From Marsupella aquatica (Eukaryota; Plantae; Marchantiophyta): a DNA stretch of 64,000 nucleotides. This document shows positions 63,713-64,000 of this stretch, one piece after another; the stretch's first letter is position 1; every line of letters starts with the position of its first letter. The translations under genes were made by a program, and so were the position numbers. A model generated the notes under the pieces. That model did not search any database, was not told the origin of the DNA, and was given only the letters and a program-made list of their open reading frames with translations. Location of the stretch: contig OZ316898.1 of assembly GCA_973895155.1 (NCBI GenBank), positions 1,118,751-1,182,750 of the forward strand, read 5' to 3'.

Positions 63713-64000
63713 TGTTAAGCATAGACGACATTTGTAACGGCAAGCCCATGAATCATCCAACGCACAATAGTCGACACAGAGAGATACGTGGTTCACCTCC
63801 ACATGAGGCTACGTCCACGGGAACACACAAGAGCTTTACTGCACTCTAGGCCGACCGGCCATACCAAGCATCCACAGCACAAGCTCTTCCTATCTCTCAA
63901 CTAGCTCCATAACAATGAGCCTTTGTTCCACCAGGGTCTGACATCAGCCCTGGCTATATGCACAACAGCACTACCGCTAACCTTAGCTAGGTCCTAACCC
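63713..64000 (-). mobile_element. Copia-like LTR of the same family as 41078-41674, truncated by the window end
   Basis: Near-identical reverse complement of 41140-41674 without the MITE. On the minus strand it ends ...GCTTAACA directly against the pseudogene, with no PBS. Confidence 0.88.

Overview
Eukaryotic nuclear DNA from a land plant, most likely a bryophyte or liverwort (inferred from gene content, GT-AG introns and long GC-rich 5' regions). The left part holds apparently intact genes: two divergently oriented SYP1-type syntaxins with no CDS introns in the visible sequence, an 11-exon organellar peptide release factor 1 between them, plastid RPL12, and a myristoylated DUF4228/PADRE gene. 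The centre is a full-length but mutated 9.3-kb Ty3/gypsy chromovirus (29236-38552). It has a perfect ATCTT target-site duplication and non-canonical AG...CT LTR termini, and a 638-bp TIR element sits inside its 5' LTR. Next is a ~3.5-kb fold-back structure containing a solo LTR, which itself contains a MITE. The right part looks like a decaying block: an organellar IleRS pseudogene, a PurD/GARS gene with an intact ORF but two substitutions at normally invariant catalytic residues, a tandem pair of fungal-looking SDR genes (one dead), a non-autonomous Helitron, a stand-alone BRCT ORF, and an SCI1-like pseudogene inactivated by CG/CHG-type C>T changes and cut by an LTR. All calls were made by eye from the sequence; no database searches were run.
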